Below, in pieces: positions 7,402 through 15,845 of a DNA stretch of 64,000 bases. Each line of letters begins with the position of its first letter. The first letter of the stretch is position 1. Location: assembly GCA_963717365.1 (NCBI GenBank), contig OY970327.1:799752-863751 (forward strand), given 5' to 3'. The notes beneath the pieces are model-generated. The model was not told where the DNA came from. It did not search any database and saw only the letters and a program-made list of their open reading frames with translations. The position numbers and the translations under genes were made by a program. Source of the DNA: Candidatus Saccharimonadia bacterium (GTDB lineage: Bacteria; Patescibacteriota; Saccharimonadia; Saccharimonadales; 2-12-FULL-41-12).

Positions 7402-8604
7402 CTAGGCTTTCAGTAGTGTCAGGATCTTAAGTTTAGTTTTTGTGTAGGATTTTAGTTCTTTGCGACCAATCACTATGTAACGTATCCCTGCCGCTGTTTG
7501 GGCGGTTAATTTTGTAACTGCGGCTGCCAGTAAGAAAATGTAGGCGATCGGTACTAGTAAAGTTATTATGCCTTTGTCGGTCATACGCAAAGACGAGTCA
7601 CTCCATACCGCGATACCAAAAACTGCCAGTAAAATAAGCCATCCTACACTAAATAACAGGGTATTCTGAAACACTGCTGCTAAATAGACCAGATACGTAA
7701 ATGCCAGTATATCCAGTGCGGGCGCCGTAAACTTTACAGCTATCACTGCACGCTTTTTCCAGTGATAAACGGTATTTTTGCTAACTCGCTTAACGCTGCC
7801 TAGAACCTTGTATTCAGCAGATGCAACTTCATAAAATTGGTCAAATATATCTTCAAAAGATGCTGCTGGTTGTCTTATTACGGTCGCATCATGGGCGTAT
7901 GAGTACACAAGACCCTCGGGAACCTGGCGACTTATTTCTACTAGAACTGAGCGTCGAACCATCAAGCTTTGCGGTAGAAGATTTTCTGGCAAACCACCTC
8001 CCCACTTTCTTTTTTTTGAACCGATTAGCATATCAAAATAATGAGTCACTTGGGCTAAACTTAGTGGGCTCAAGGTCAACCGAGTATTAAGCTTAATGAC
8101 GTCCGCCTGAGTTGTTGCCGCGTTTTGTACCGCACTTTTAAGTGCTTGCGGATCAAGCGTCGACCCGGCATCTAAAAACAGTACCAATTCGCCCGTATAA
8201 AGCTTCTTATTAAGATCGTTCACGATGGCTTCCTGCAGTGTGGGCTTACGCTTTTTTAATACTGTAATAGCCTGTTTAGGATGTGCTGCGATAAACGCAT
8301 TAACTGTCTCATATGTTTGGTCGGTGGAAGCGTTATCTATCACCAGAATTTCATATTTACGGTATGAGCTTTTAATGATACCGGTTAGGCACTGTTGAAT
8401 AGTACTTGCATTGTTGTTGGCAAAAACTACTATGGTGAGAAGTGGTTTGATTCTGTACTTTTTTGCATGAGGATGAGCCTTAATTGCCTGTTTGTAGCGT
8501 ATGTCCCTGAGATCGTAGACATATCCCCTGACATGAACTATAAGTCCCCATAGCAATCGGCAGGCAAACCACGCCACGAATAATCTTCCAATCAACGGAT
8601 TCAT
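7402..8604 (-). CDS. Family-2 glycosyltransferase, membrane-integrated (processive synthase-like architecture)
   Basis: 400 aa. N-terminal TM, then a GT2 core (LTIVVFANNNASTIQQCLTGIIKSSYRKYEILVIDNASTDQT ... FLDAGS), then 3-4 C-terminal TM helices. Overlaps the sortase gene by 4 nt. Confidence 0.7.
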   Translation of the reverse strand: MNPLIGRLFVAWFACRLLWGLIVHVRGYVYDLRDIRYKQAIKAHPHAKKYRIKPLLTIVVFANNNASTIQQCLTGIIKSSYRKYEILVIDNASTDQTYETVNAFIAAHPKQAITVLKKRKPTLQEAIVNDLNKKLYTGELVLFLDAGSTLDPQALKSAVQNAATTQADVIKLNTRLTLSPLSLAQVTHYFDMLIGSKKRKWGGGLPENLLPQSLMVRRSVLVEISRQVPEGLVYSYAHDATVIRQPAASFEDIFDQFYEVASAEYKVLGSVKRVSKNTVYHWKKRAVIAVKFTAPALDILAFTYLVYLAAVFQNTLLFSVGWLILLAVFGIAVWSDSSLRMTDKGIITLLVPIAYIFLLAAAVTKLTAQTAAGIRYIVIGRKELKSYTKTKLKILTLLKA

Positions 8605-9191
8605 TGTTCTACCCTCACGAGGGAAAATTCAAACAGCTGACGAAATTGATACCAGTCGCCGCTGCAGGTTTGAAGTGTCAATTTAGGGTTCCCACGGTAC
8701 TCAAAAACCTTGACGTCATCTGGCTGAACATCTTGTGCAGTTTCAAATTTATATAAAAATATATGGCCATTATCGGTATAGACTCTAGCTTCATCGCCTG
8801 GGGCAATCTCGGAGAGTTTGGAAAATACCAGTTTATTATTATGACCATAGATCAGTGTATTGCCCTGGAAGTCATTTACCAGAGGTGTTAGTAGTGCGTA
8901 AAATGCCTGACCTTCACTCAGTGTCCAGCTGCCATCAGACTCGTTATAAATTCCGTCAACAACTTGAAGGTCAATTCCAAGCCTAGGCACCGTAATGCGT
9001 ATCGGTTTTCCGGAAATGATCTTTAGCTCAGGTAATACTGGCAAAGCGGGAGCGGCCTGGACTCTGTAGCTTGAACCGGTACTTGGCAGTCGTATTGGAT
9101 AAAAAGAGTTACTAACTAAAAGTAGCGTAGCCGCATTGAGAGCGACTACGCTTACAGAGAAGCGAATCTTACGTAGAGACATGATTCGCAT
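8601..9191 (-). CDS. Sortase (cysteine transpeptidase)
   Basis: 196 aa. N-terminal membrane anchor. Catalytic His in TLIYGHN, Cys in LTLQTCSG, Arg in SLVRVEQ. Immediately downstream of an LPNTG substrate gene. Confidence 0.8.
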   Translation of the reverse strand: MRIMSLRKIRFSVSVVALNAATLLLVSNSFYPIRLPSTGSSYRVQAAPALPVLPELKIISGKPIRITVPRLGIDLQVVDGIYNESDGSWTLSEGQAFYALLTPLVNDFQGNTLIYGHNNKLVFSKLSEIAPGDEARVYTDNGHIFLYKFETAQDVQPDDVKVFEYRGNPKLTLQTCSGDWYQFRQLFEFSLVRVEQ

Positions 9192-9205
9192 ACTTCCTTT
9201 TAGTT

Positions 9206-9766
9206 CTAGAGCTGGCCGAGACTAGAGCGTCGGTAAGCTGCAACTACTACATGAGCAATCCCAGCGATGGATGCAAAGGCCAAAGCGCCGATACCAGCCT
9301 GGATGGCTAGATCGTTCTCACCAGTGTTTGGCAAAGCCTTTACAGCTACCGGTGCAGGTGCTGCGGCTGTAGCAGGTGCTGCGGCAACTTGTCCACCACC
9401 CATGCCACCGGCAGGTGGAGTTGGGGTAGGTGTGGTTGGTGCAGGTGCTGCGGCTGCGCAAGCAGCAGCAATGCTAGCAGCTAGCGTATTAGTATTACTT
9501 GCACTACCTGATGCTGCTCCACCAGCAGTGGTATTACTATCCACTACTGAGTCGCCTGAAGCAGCGATTTGAGCGTTAAGAACCGTGATTGTTGCGTTAT
9601 TTGTACAGTCCACATCTAAGTCATTGTTTACTGTAAATGTACAACTATTAACTGAACCTGGTCCTGTCCCATTAATGGTACAGCCTGGTGTCTGTGCTGA
9701 TGCGACTCCGCCAAAGATTGCGAAGGCCATTGTTCCTGATACTACTAGTTTTGCTAGTTTTCCCAT
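9206..9766 (-). CDS. LPXTG cell-wall-anchored surface protein with one NGTGPGS../SGDSVVDSNTTAGGAASGSA module
   Basis: 186 aa. Signal peptide (..AFAIFGGVASAQT). One module homologous to those in 2639-3217 and 3359-5563. Ala/Pro-rich stalk. C-terminal sorting signal LPNTG, then a hydrophobic stretch, then RRSS. Confidence 0.8.
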   Translation of the reverse strand: MGKLAKLVVSGTMAFAIFGGVASAQTPGCTINGTGPGSVNSCTFTVNNDLDVDCTNNATITVLNAQIAASGDSVVDSNTTAGGAASGSASNTNTLAASIAAACAAAAPAPTTPTPTPPAGGMGGGQVAAAPATAAAPAPVAVKALPNTGENDLAIQAGIGALAFASIAGIAHVVVAAYRRSSLGQL

Positions 9767-9841
9767 ATTATTACCTCTGTTAACATATTATTGTTATTCT
9801 AGTTTTACATGAAAATTACAATTTGTAAAGAATATTATTTA

Positions 9842-9877
9842 ACATAAGCATTATCAGGGGTAATGCTTATGTTTTTT
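9842..9877. terminator. 12-bp perfect hairpin with T-run (terminator-like, T-run on the plus strand)
   Basis: ACATAAGCATTA (9842-9853), loop TCAGGGG, TAATGCTTATGT (9861-9872), then TTTTT on the plus strand. An A-run precedes it when read on the minus strand. Sits between the pilX-like stop (9949) and the LPXTG gene start (9766). Confidence 0.45.
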
Positions 9878-9948
9878 ATAAATTACTAGATTAATTTAGG
9901 CTTACCAGTAAACTACTGGTGGAAATAATACTTTAAAAGACTAATTAG

Positions 9949-11034
9949 CTAATAACTACAAGTATCGTCAGCCCGTGGATCAAGGGCGGCAGGAGCGACA
10001 TATGGACTGGTGTTATTGGCATTCGCTGCTATACCTGGGCGCAAAGTCAGAGATTTGCAGACTGATTTTTCACCATCAATAACATAGGAAGGAATTTCAT
10101 AGTCATCCAAATAAGAAACACGCACCTGTATTCGGCGTAATACATCACTTACCTTACCTGTAGCGTCTACTTTTATTTGGGCTCGGGTAAACCGATCTAG
10201 CGGGTCAGTACTGGTGATTTTAACGGTATTATTTTTAAACATTGAGCGAAGGTGCAAATATGATTGCGCACCTGTTGGAATACCGGTAATAGTTGCTTTG
10301 CAGCGTGGCTGCACACCGCCAGAACAGTTTGCAGGAATTACTTGTCCCTGGCCAGCGGCACCGGAATCGTTTGTTCCATGCGCCACGTAAGCTACAGACC
10401 CTCCTCCGCCCGCCGAAACTGGCTTGAAGAAAACGGTGAAAGAGCTGGCATATAATGCTTCACGGCTAGCTCCAGCACTGAGGGTCATAATAGTGGCACG
10501 CAAGTAACCTGCTGGACAGGTTGGCGAAAGCGCAACAAGAACTCGACTATTGCTTGGGCAACTACTGTAGTTGCTGCTGTAAGCATCGGCCACATTCCAT
10601 TCAAAACTTAAGCCAGGCGCAAAGCCACCAAGAGTATTAAGAGGTACGATCTTCCCAGCCTGCTGATTAATTGCAGTGTACTCAAGATCTTTTGGCTGGG
10701 CATCATATAGCACACAAGGAACAGACGTACCAAGAGTATCGGCAGCTGGACCAAGATCTACCGGGCCACAGGTGGTTACCTGGGGGACAAATCCAGCAGT
10801 CGCGGCATCTTTACGGATTGTGTTAACCGTCAGGTTAACACCCGACTCTGCAGCGTAAAAAGCCTGCGTAGATAATTGCCGGTCCAACGACTGGCGCTCT
10901 TCACGGCGCGTTATCTCTGAAAATCCAACTACAATCAACGTTAATATAATCATAACAAAGATAGTCAGCATTAATGATACGATGCCTGATTCATTTTTAC
11001 GAAGGGAAGTTTCTGGTTTTTTCATGGTTGGCAC
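9949..11034 (-). CDS. PilX-like minor pilin / pilus assembly protein
   Basis: 361 aa. N-terminal hydrophobic helix (GIVSLMLTIFVMIILTLIVVGF) followed by a PilX_N-like QSLDRQLSTQAFYAAESGVN. Last gene of the pilin operon. Confidence 0.5.
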   Translation of the reverse strand: MPTMKKPETSLRKNESGIVSLMLTIFVMIILTLIVVGFSEITRREERQSLDRQLSTQAFYAAESGVNLTVNTIRKDAATAGFVPQVTTCGPVDLGPAADTLGTSVPCVLYDAQPKDLEYTAINQQAGKIVPLNTLGGFAPGLSFEWNVADAYSSNYSSCPSNSRVLVALSPTCPAGYLRATIMTLSAGASREALYASSFTVFFKPVSAGGGGSVAYVAHGTNDSGAAGQGQVIPANCSGGVQPRCKATITGIPTGAQSYLHLRSMFKNNTVKITSTDPLDRFTRAQIKVDATGKVSDVLRRIQVRVSYLDDYEIPSYVIDGEKSVCKSLTLRPGIAANANNTSPYVAPAALDPRADDTCSY

Positions 11035-11064
11035 TACTTATGCTTATTATCTTATATATTATAC

Positions 11065-11691
11065 TTATAGCCTACTCTTTACAAACGTCGTGATTTCAGA
11101 CGTGGCGCAGAACTGGCCGCCAAATCTTGATGAAATACAGGTATTGCCAGGACTGAGATCGAAATCACCATACACTATTTTTACAAATAATCGTACCGGT
11201 CTTGCCGAAGTAGGGGGAGGAGCTACGTCAAAATTAGTTAGTCGCATATTGGCACCTATCAGTTCGCGGCCGGTGAAACTTGTGTTTCTATTGGCGTCAG
11301 TCGCCGGGTTAACCATATTGGCTGTTTGGCACGGTACGGTATCAAGAATCCTATCTACCCACAGGACGTGTCTGGCCTGGCCTGCTCCCAATGGGCCACT
11401 GAGTGTTAGTTGTGTGTTTAGTACAAAGCTATATCGAACGTAGCCAACACAAACAGCGCCAGGTGCACTGGTTATAGTTTTATTGCCGCCCGTTTGGATA
11501 TTACGCGAAATGTCTTCAATAATGGCACGACTAGTATCTTGTGTCCGCGAAACAACCGCGCCTTTATAGTAAATTTTACCAATATGTAGGATCGCTGAAG
11601 TGGCGATAAGCATCATAATGGCAAATATTGAGGTAGCAATGAGCAGCTCAACGAGCGTGAATCCATTTTGCTTTTTTATCAGTTTATTCAT
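11065..11691 (-). CDS. Prepilin-type minor pilin (PilW-like)
   Basis: 208 aa. Class III signal MNKLIKKQNG|FTLVELLIATSIFAIMMLI (Gly-1, Phe+1, Glu+5). Confidence 0.55.
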   Translation of the reverse strand: MNKLIKKQNGFTLVELLIATSIFAIMMLIATSAILHIGKIYYKGAVVSRTQDTSRAIIEDISRNIQTGGNKTITSAPGAVCVGYVRYSFVLNTQLTLSGPLGAGQARHVLWVDRILDTVPCQTANMVNPATDANRNTSFTGRELIGANMRLTNFDVAPPPTSARPVRLFVKIVYGDFDLSPGNTCISSRFGGQFCATSEITTFVKSRL

Positions 11692-11716
11692 AACACATTG
11701 TTTCCTTTAGACATTA

Positions 11717-12352
11717 TCATGGACAGCCAGGGAACCAAGGTAATAAAACACATACGATAGGAGGGAGGACAACGGGAGGGACAACGGGAGGTACTACAGG
11801 AGGGACAACGGGAGGTACAACGGGAGGTACTACAGGAGGGACAACGGGAGGTACTACAGGAGGGACAACGGGAGGTACTACTGGGCCGGGAGCTAGAGAA
11901 CCGACATTTTTATTACATGCTAGATAGAACGTTGTTAGCTCTTCAGGAGTTTGCTTAATAAGAGAATCCCAGGTAACCCGAACTGTGAGCGGTAAAGTTT
12001 CCTCACAAAGCAAGCTGCCAGCAGGATTAGGGTTTAAGACTGACACTGCATATAAGCCATCGGCGAGTGGGCAAGCTGCTACCGCGTCTACCCTACTAAG
12101 CGGGATGTTTTCTTGCAGACAAAATGTTCCCGCTGGCAAAATAGCATCAGTGGTATAACCGCGTAGCAGCTCCAGTTGTGCTTCCATTACCTTAGTGGCA
12201 CGTGACCGCTCCTGAGAAGCTTGAGCAGCCGCCTGGTTGCGATTTGTCAACGTAAACGCGGAGAGTAACATAAAACCTAGAGCTGCCAGGCAAATCAGAA
12301 CTTCAACAATTGTTTCACCGCGTTCAGATTGTTGGCGTATCATGCTGGGCAT
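11717..12352 (-). CDS. Prepilin-type minor pilin (PilV-like) with C-terminal (PPVV)n repeat
   Basis: 211 aa. QQSERG|ETIVEVLICLAALGFMLL (Glu+5). C-terminus GPVV(PPVV)9LPPIVCVLLPWFPGCP. Overlaps the upstream gene by 13 nt. Confidence 0.5.
   Translation of the reverse strand: MPSMIRQQSERGETIVEVLICLAALGFMLLSAFTLTNRNQAAAQASQERSRATKVMEAQLELLRGYTTDAILPAGTFCLQENIPLSRVDAVAACPLADGLYAVSVLNPNPAGSLLCEETLPLTVRVTWDSLIKQTPEELTTFYLACNKNVGSLAPGPVVPPVVPPVVPPVVPPVVPPVVPPVVPPVVPPVVPPVVLPPIVCVLLPWFPGCP
11768..11884 (-). repeat. 12-nt tandem repeat (~10 units) encoding PVV(PPVV)9
   Basis: Plus-strand units GGGAGG(G/T)AC(A/T)AC repeat head-to-tail from 11768 to 11884. Units differ only at synonymous third positions. 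Confidence 0.9.
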
Positions 12353-13134
12353 CCTGCTGCTGCCAAGTCAGCAGTCTCAAATTTTGACTCAATTGCTCCC
12401 CCTCGGTTACCGCCAAAACTAATAACTGCCCGGCGGTTAGCGTCAACGTCTTTTACGCAAATTACTATACCACTAGCCGCATTGGTGATATTTGTGGCAG
12501 CCATAGCTGCTACGGGGCCATTCATTTGCGCATTGGTAGCCGGTAGGGGCACCCCCGGCACAGTCGCCAGCACGGCACTACCTGAATTATTAACAACGCT
12601 TGCCTCGACTGGATTTTGTGTCTTCCCAAAACTAGGCAATATGGCAAAGGCAGCCGAATCGACACCTCCTACGATTATTCGGGTGAATCGAAGATTAGGA
12701 TATAGACTTTTTTCTTCTGTATAAGCGGCAGTTGTAATAATTCGGGGCATAGCCTCGCCAATATCTTTCACTTCTTTTCCATTGATACCGGGAGTTACCC
12801 TATCTCCGGCAATAGTATAGATATTGTAGTTATTTGGATTGCTATTAGCTCCGAATTGGATTGCTTTGCCGGCAAAGATACAATTGGCGCGCGTGCCCTG
12901 CCCACTAGCACCGCTACATCCTGGCGGGTTAGTGGCGGATTCTGGAAAATAACCAGCGTCGACGTCGTTAATAGCATCTTGAATTGCTGTTTCAACATCC
13001 CTGACTGATCGAGTAAATTCAGTTCTGGTTTGCTGCCCGCTAATAATCGATGCGACTGACGCGAATAAAGCAGTACTAATTGCCAGGAATAATAACACCT
13101 CAACCATGGTATAGCCATATTGGCTCAGTTTCAT
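12340..13134 (-). CDS. Prepilin-type minor pilin (FimT/GspH-like)
   Basis: 264 aa. MKLSQYG|YTMVEVLLFLAISTALFASVA (Gly-1, Glu+5). Confidence 0.5.
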   Translation of the reverse strand: MKLSQYGYTMVEVLLFLAISTALFASVASIISGQQTRTEFTRSVRDVETAIQDAINDVDAGYFPESATNPPGCSGASGQGTRANCIFAGKAIQFGANSNPNNYNIYTIAGDRVTPGINGKEVKDIGEAMPRIITTAAYTEEKSLYPNLRFTRIIVGGVDSAAFAILPSFGKTQNPVEASVVNNSGSAVLATVPGVPLPATNAQMNGPVAAMAATNITNAASGIVICVKDVDANRRAVISFGGNRGGAIESKFETADLAAAGCPA

Positions 13135-13140
13135 AGCTAA

Positions 13141-13156
13141 ATTATAGCATAAGCAC
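13141..13156 (-). promoter_or_regulatory. Extended -10 promoter (TGCTATAAT); start codon 6 nt downstream (leaderless candidate)
   Basis: Minus-strand reading GTGCTTATGCTATAAT-TTAGCT-ATG(13134). No Shine-Dalgarno can fit in the gap. Confidence 0.5.
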
Positions 13157-13178
13157 TGTTAGACTTAGCCTGAGAAAT

Positions 13179-14006
13179 TTATAGTCCTATCTGATGTATA
13201 TACCAGTCGCTCATTGCTTTGCCAAGCAATACAACAATAAAGCATCCGGCAATTAAAAACGGGCCAAACGGTATGCGTGTTTGCTGGGTAGCACGTTTTG
13301 TCATCAGCAGCGGCGCTATGGCGAGGGTACCGAGAGTTGAAGCGATAAATAGCATGATGAAGGCGTTAGCCGGACCACCAGCCAGAGCGCCAAGCAGGAA
13401 GCCGAGCTTAACGTCTCCGCCGCCAATCCAACGGCCTTTCGAGAATTCAAATAATAGATAGAAAATACCACCGCCAATCAATGCGCCAATCATGGCGCCT
13501 AGCAATGGTGTAAAGCTGCTTGCTTCCAGCATTCGCGCTATAACATAGACGCTGGCTACGCCATATAGCGGGAAAATTATTCGGTTTGGCAGCAACATCC
13601 AACGAATATCATAGATAATAAGCGCCATAAAGCCTGTTAAACAGGTCAGCCAAGCCCCAAATACCAACAATTCCCAACCGGTTATGTCTCGGGGCCAAAA
13701 AGCATAACTGAGCGCAAATAAAAGAGCTGTTGCTAGTTCCACTGCTGGGTATTGCCAGCTAATTGGCTTTTTACAGTAGCGACAGCTACCTCTCAAGCTT
13801 AGCCAGCTAAGTACTGGCACCAGATCGCGGATACCTAACGTATGGCTGCAATTAACGCACATTGAGCGACCGGTGCGAATAGACAATTCTTTATCACTCG
13901 CCGTCCGCTTTTTCTTTGATAGGTTTTGCTCATATATGCGCCAAACCAGCGCATTTACAAAGCTGCCAAAGCATAAGCCAAGTAGTATAATTGCAGCAAT
14001 AATCAT
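13179..14006 (-). CDS. pilD: Prepilin peptidase / N-methyltransferase (A24 family)
   Basis: 275 aa, polytopic. Cys-rich cytoplasmic loop CVNCSHTLGIRDLVPVLSWLSLRGSCRYCKKPISWQYPAVEL. GGGDVKL aspartyl-protease motif. Confidence 0.9.
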   Translation of the reverse strand: MIIAAIILLGLCFGSFVNALVWRIYEQNLSKKKRTASDKELSIRTGRSMCVNCSHTLGIRDLVPVLSWLSLRGSCRYCKKPISWQYPAVELATALLFALSYAFWPRDITGWELLVFGAWLTCLTGFMALIIYDIRWMLLPNRIIFPLYGVASVYVIARMLEASSFTPLLGAMIGALIGGGIFYLLFEFSKGRWIGGGDVKLGFLLGALAGGPANAFIMLFIASTLGTLAIAPLLMTKRATQQTRIPFGPFLIAGCFIVVLLGKAMSDWYIHQIGL

Positions 14007-14023
14007 TATGCTTAGCTTACCAT

Positions 14024-14053
14024 ATAAAAAAGAACCCCTGGAATGAGAGGTCC
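14024..14053 (-). terminator. Rho-independent terminator after pilA
   Basis: Minus strand: GGACCTC (14053-14047), loop TCATTCCA, GGGGTTC (14038-14032) with two G-U pairs, then TTTTTTATAT. Begins 26 nt after the pilA stop. Confidence 0.6.
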
Positions 14054-14078
14054 TTTTCTACGATAAACTTAAGCTATA

Positions 14079-14522
14079 CTAGCTGCCGACGCAGCGTCCA
14101 GCAGGTGTGCCGGTGGTTTCCACCTGGAACGTTATAGTAAAGGATCGGCCACTACCTGCAACGGAGGCGGTACCGGCAGCATCACATTTTGTAGCATATG
14201 CGAATGTAAACGCGTCGGTGCTAGGACCACCGACAGCTATTAATTGTTGGTTATCCGCAATGGTAACATAGTTGCCAATTTCAGTGCCTGCCGTGAAGTC
14301 GTCACAGTTGCCGATCTTGCCGTTGTTATTAGCTAGACACTCATTAACTGCTGACGCGGTACGTGCCGCGTCGTTGGTCCGCTGCGTATTACGGCTATTG
14401 CGCTGCAGGGCTGGCACTGCCAAGAAGACGATGACCAGGATTAAGCCGGCAATAGCCAGCACAATCAAGACTTCGATGATCGTAAAGCCCTGTTCGTTTC
14501 TTTTTAGTATTGGTTGTTTCAT
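14079..14522 (-). CDS. pilA: Type IV major pilin
   Basis: 147 aa. MKQPILKRNEQG|FTIIEVLIVLAIAGLILVIVFLAVPALQRN (Gly-1/Phe+1/Glu+5). Cys pairs in the C-terminal half. Has its own promoter and terminator. Confidence 0.85.
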   Translation of the reverse strand: MKQPILKRNEQGFTIIEVLIVLAIAGLILVIVFLAVPALQRNSRNTQRTNDAARTASAVNECLANNNGKIGNCDDFTAGTEIGNYVTIADNQQLIAVGGPSTDAFTFAYATKCDAAGTASVAGSGRSFTITFQVETTGTPAGRCVGS

Positions 14523-14573
14523 ATTGTTTTCTATGCCCCCTAGAAAGCAAGGTTATTAATGCTTATGGTTTTC

Positions 14574-14602
14574 AATATAGTTTAACTGGGTCATATATGC
14601 AA
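14574..14602 (-). promoter_or_regulatory. Sigma-70-type promoter for pilA (TTGCAT-17-TATATT)
   Basis: Minus strand: TTGCAT (14602-14597), 17-nt spacer, TATATT (14579-14574). About 45-nt 5' UTR with an AGGGGG RBS before the ATG at 14522. Confidence 0.55.
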
Positions 14603-14618
14603 GTGGTAACTTCATAAC

Positions 14619-15842
14619 TTAACCACCCAAGCTTGTATTGCCAGCAAGCCCGTATATGGGCAGCAATACCGCAGCAACTACTATGAAAGCCACAACACCA
14701 AGGATAACCATCAGTAGCGGCTCAATGATAGTACTAATTGTTTTTATTTGGTTATCTACTTCTTTTTCGTAGTATTCGGCAGTTTTCTCTAACATATCCT
14801 CTAGCGCGCCAGATTGTTCGCCAATACGGAGCATATTTGGTACTAGTACTAAGAAATTAGGATCGCCGTCTAGCGCGTCAGCAATTGATTTACCGCCTTT
14901 TACCTTTTCTATGGCTTGGTGGATTGATTTTTCAACATGGACATTATTAATTGCTTTACCAACAATTTCTAGCATCTGAATCAACGGGATACCACTGGCA
15001 ATTAAGGTTGTACCAGTACGTGAAAAACGAGCCATATATAACTTCATGAAGAGCGGTCCAACCGGCCATGACTTCATTTTAACTCTGTCTACCACTAGCT
15101 TACCGGGCCCGGTGCGAGCATAACGCGACAAGGCAAAAATGATAAAGATCGTAGCGGCGATAAAAAAATACCAGTAATTTATGGCAAAATCCGAGAATGC
15201 AAGCAAGGCTCTGGTAATAAGGGGTAGTTTTGCTCCTGGCAGTTCATCATAAATTATTTTAACCTGCGGTAGTACCTTGACGACCATAAACCCGAGCACT
15301 GCAATCATGACCAAAATAATGATCAACGGGTAGGCTAAAGCGCCTTTAACCTTGCTCATTATTTCGGCGTCTTTTTCTTGCTGGAGGGCAATACGCTCCA
15401 GGGCAGCGTCAAGCGTACCCGATGCTTCACCTGCAGCAATCAAGCTGATATATACTTCATTAAATACCTTTGGGTGCTTCTCTAGTGCTTTTGAAAAAGA
15501 TTGTCCGCCTTCAATATCACTAATGATCTCTGTTATAACAAGTTTAAATGCTTTATTGGTAGTCTGGTCGTTGACGTTGCGGAGACTCTGGGTGAGCGGC
15601 AAGCCGGCATTAATCAACGTAGACATCTGACGAGAGAAGATAATTCGGTCTTTAGTAGAAATACGGTTGGTAAGCTTGGAAAGTGCATTGATAGCTTTAC
15701 TGTCAGCCAACTTTATATCAAGCGGCGCCAGTCCTTCGCTTTTAATAAGCTTTGCGGCTGATGCTTCGCTGTCAGCCTGAACACTGGAGCTAACCTTTTG
15801 ACCGGTGGCAGGGTCGCGGGCAACGTAGTCATATGTCAACAT
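14619..15842 (-). CDS. pilC: Type IV pilus platform protein (GspF/PilC family)
   Basis: 407 aa. Two T2SS-F repeats (RIIFSRQMSTLINAGLPLTQSL ... FSRTGTTLIASGIPLIQML), 3-4 TM helices. Confidence 0.9.
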   Translation of the reverse strand: MLTYDYVARDPATGQKVSSSVQADSEASAAKLIKSEGLAPLDIKLADSKAINALSKLTNRISTKDRIIFSRQMSTLINAGLPLTQSLRNVNDQTTNKAFKLVITEIISDIEGGQSFSKALEKHPKVFNEVYISLIAAGEASGTLDAALERIALQQEKDAEIMSKVKGALAYPLIIILVMIAVLGFMVVKVLPQVKIIYDELPGAKLPLITRALLAFSDFAINYWYFFIAATIFIIFALSRYARTGPGKLVVDRVKMKSWPVGPLFMKLYMARFSRTGTTLIASGIPLIQMLEIVGKAINNVHVEKSIHQAIEKVKGGKSIADALDGDPNFLVLVPNMLRIGEQSGALEDMLEKTAEYYEKEVDNQIKTISTIIEPLLMVILGVVAFIVVAAVLLPIYGLAGNTSLGG

Positions 15843-15845
15843 AAC

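Noticed and set aside
12329-13118. ORFs 12329-12724 (+) and 12795-13118 (-) nested in the FimT-like pilin gene.
   Set aside because: They lie in other frames or on the other strand of a gene that has a clear prepilin signal and operon context. Their translations show no motifs.
14558-14575. A plus-strand copy of the promoter word (ATGCTTATGGTTTTCAAT) in the pilA leader. Could it be an antisense promoter firing into pilC?
   Set aside because: The hexamer that follows (TTTTCA/TTCAAT) is a poor -10 match. The word is more simply explained as part of the pilA 5' UTR on the other strand. It was noted but not called.
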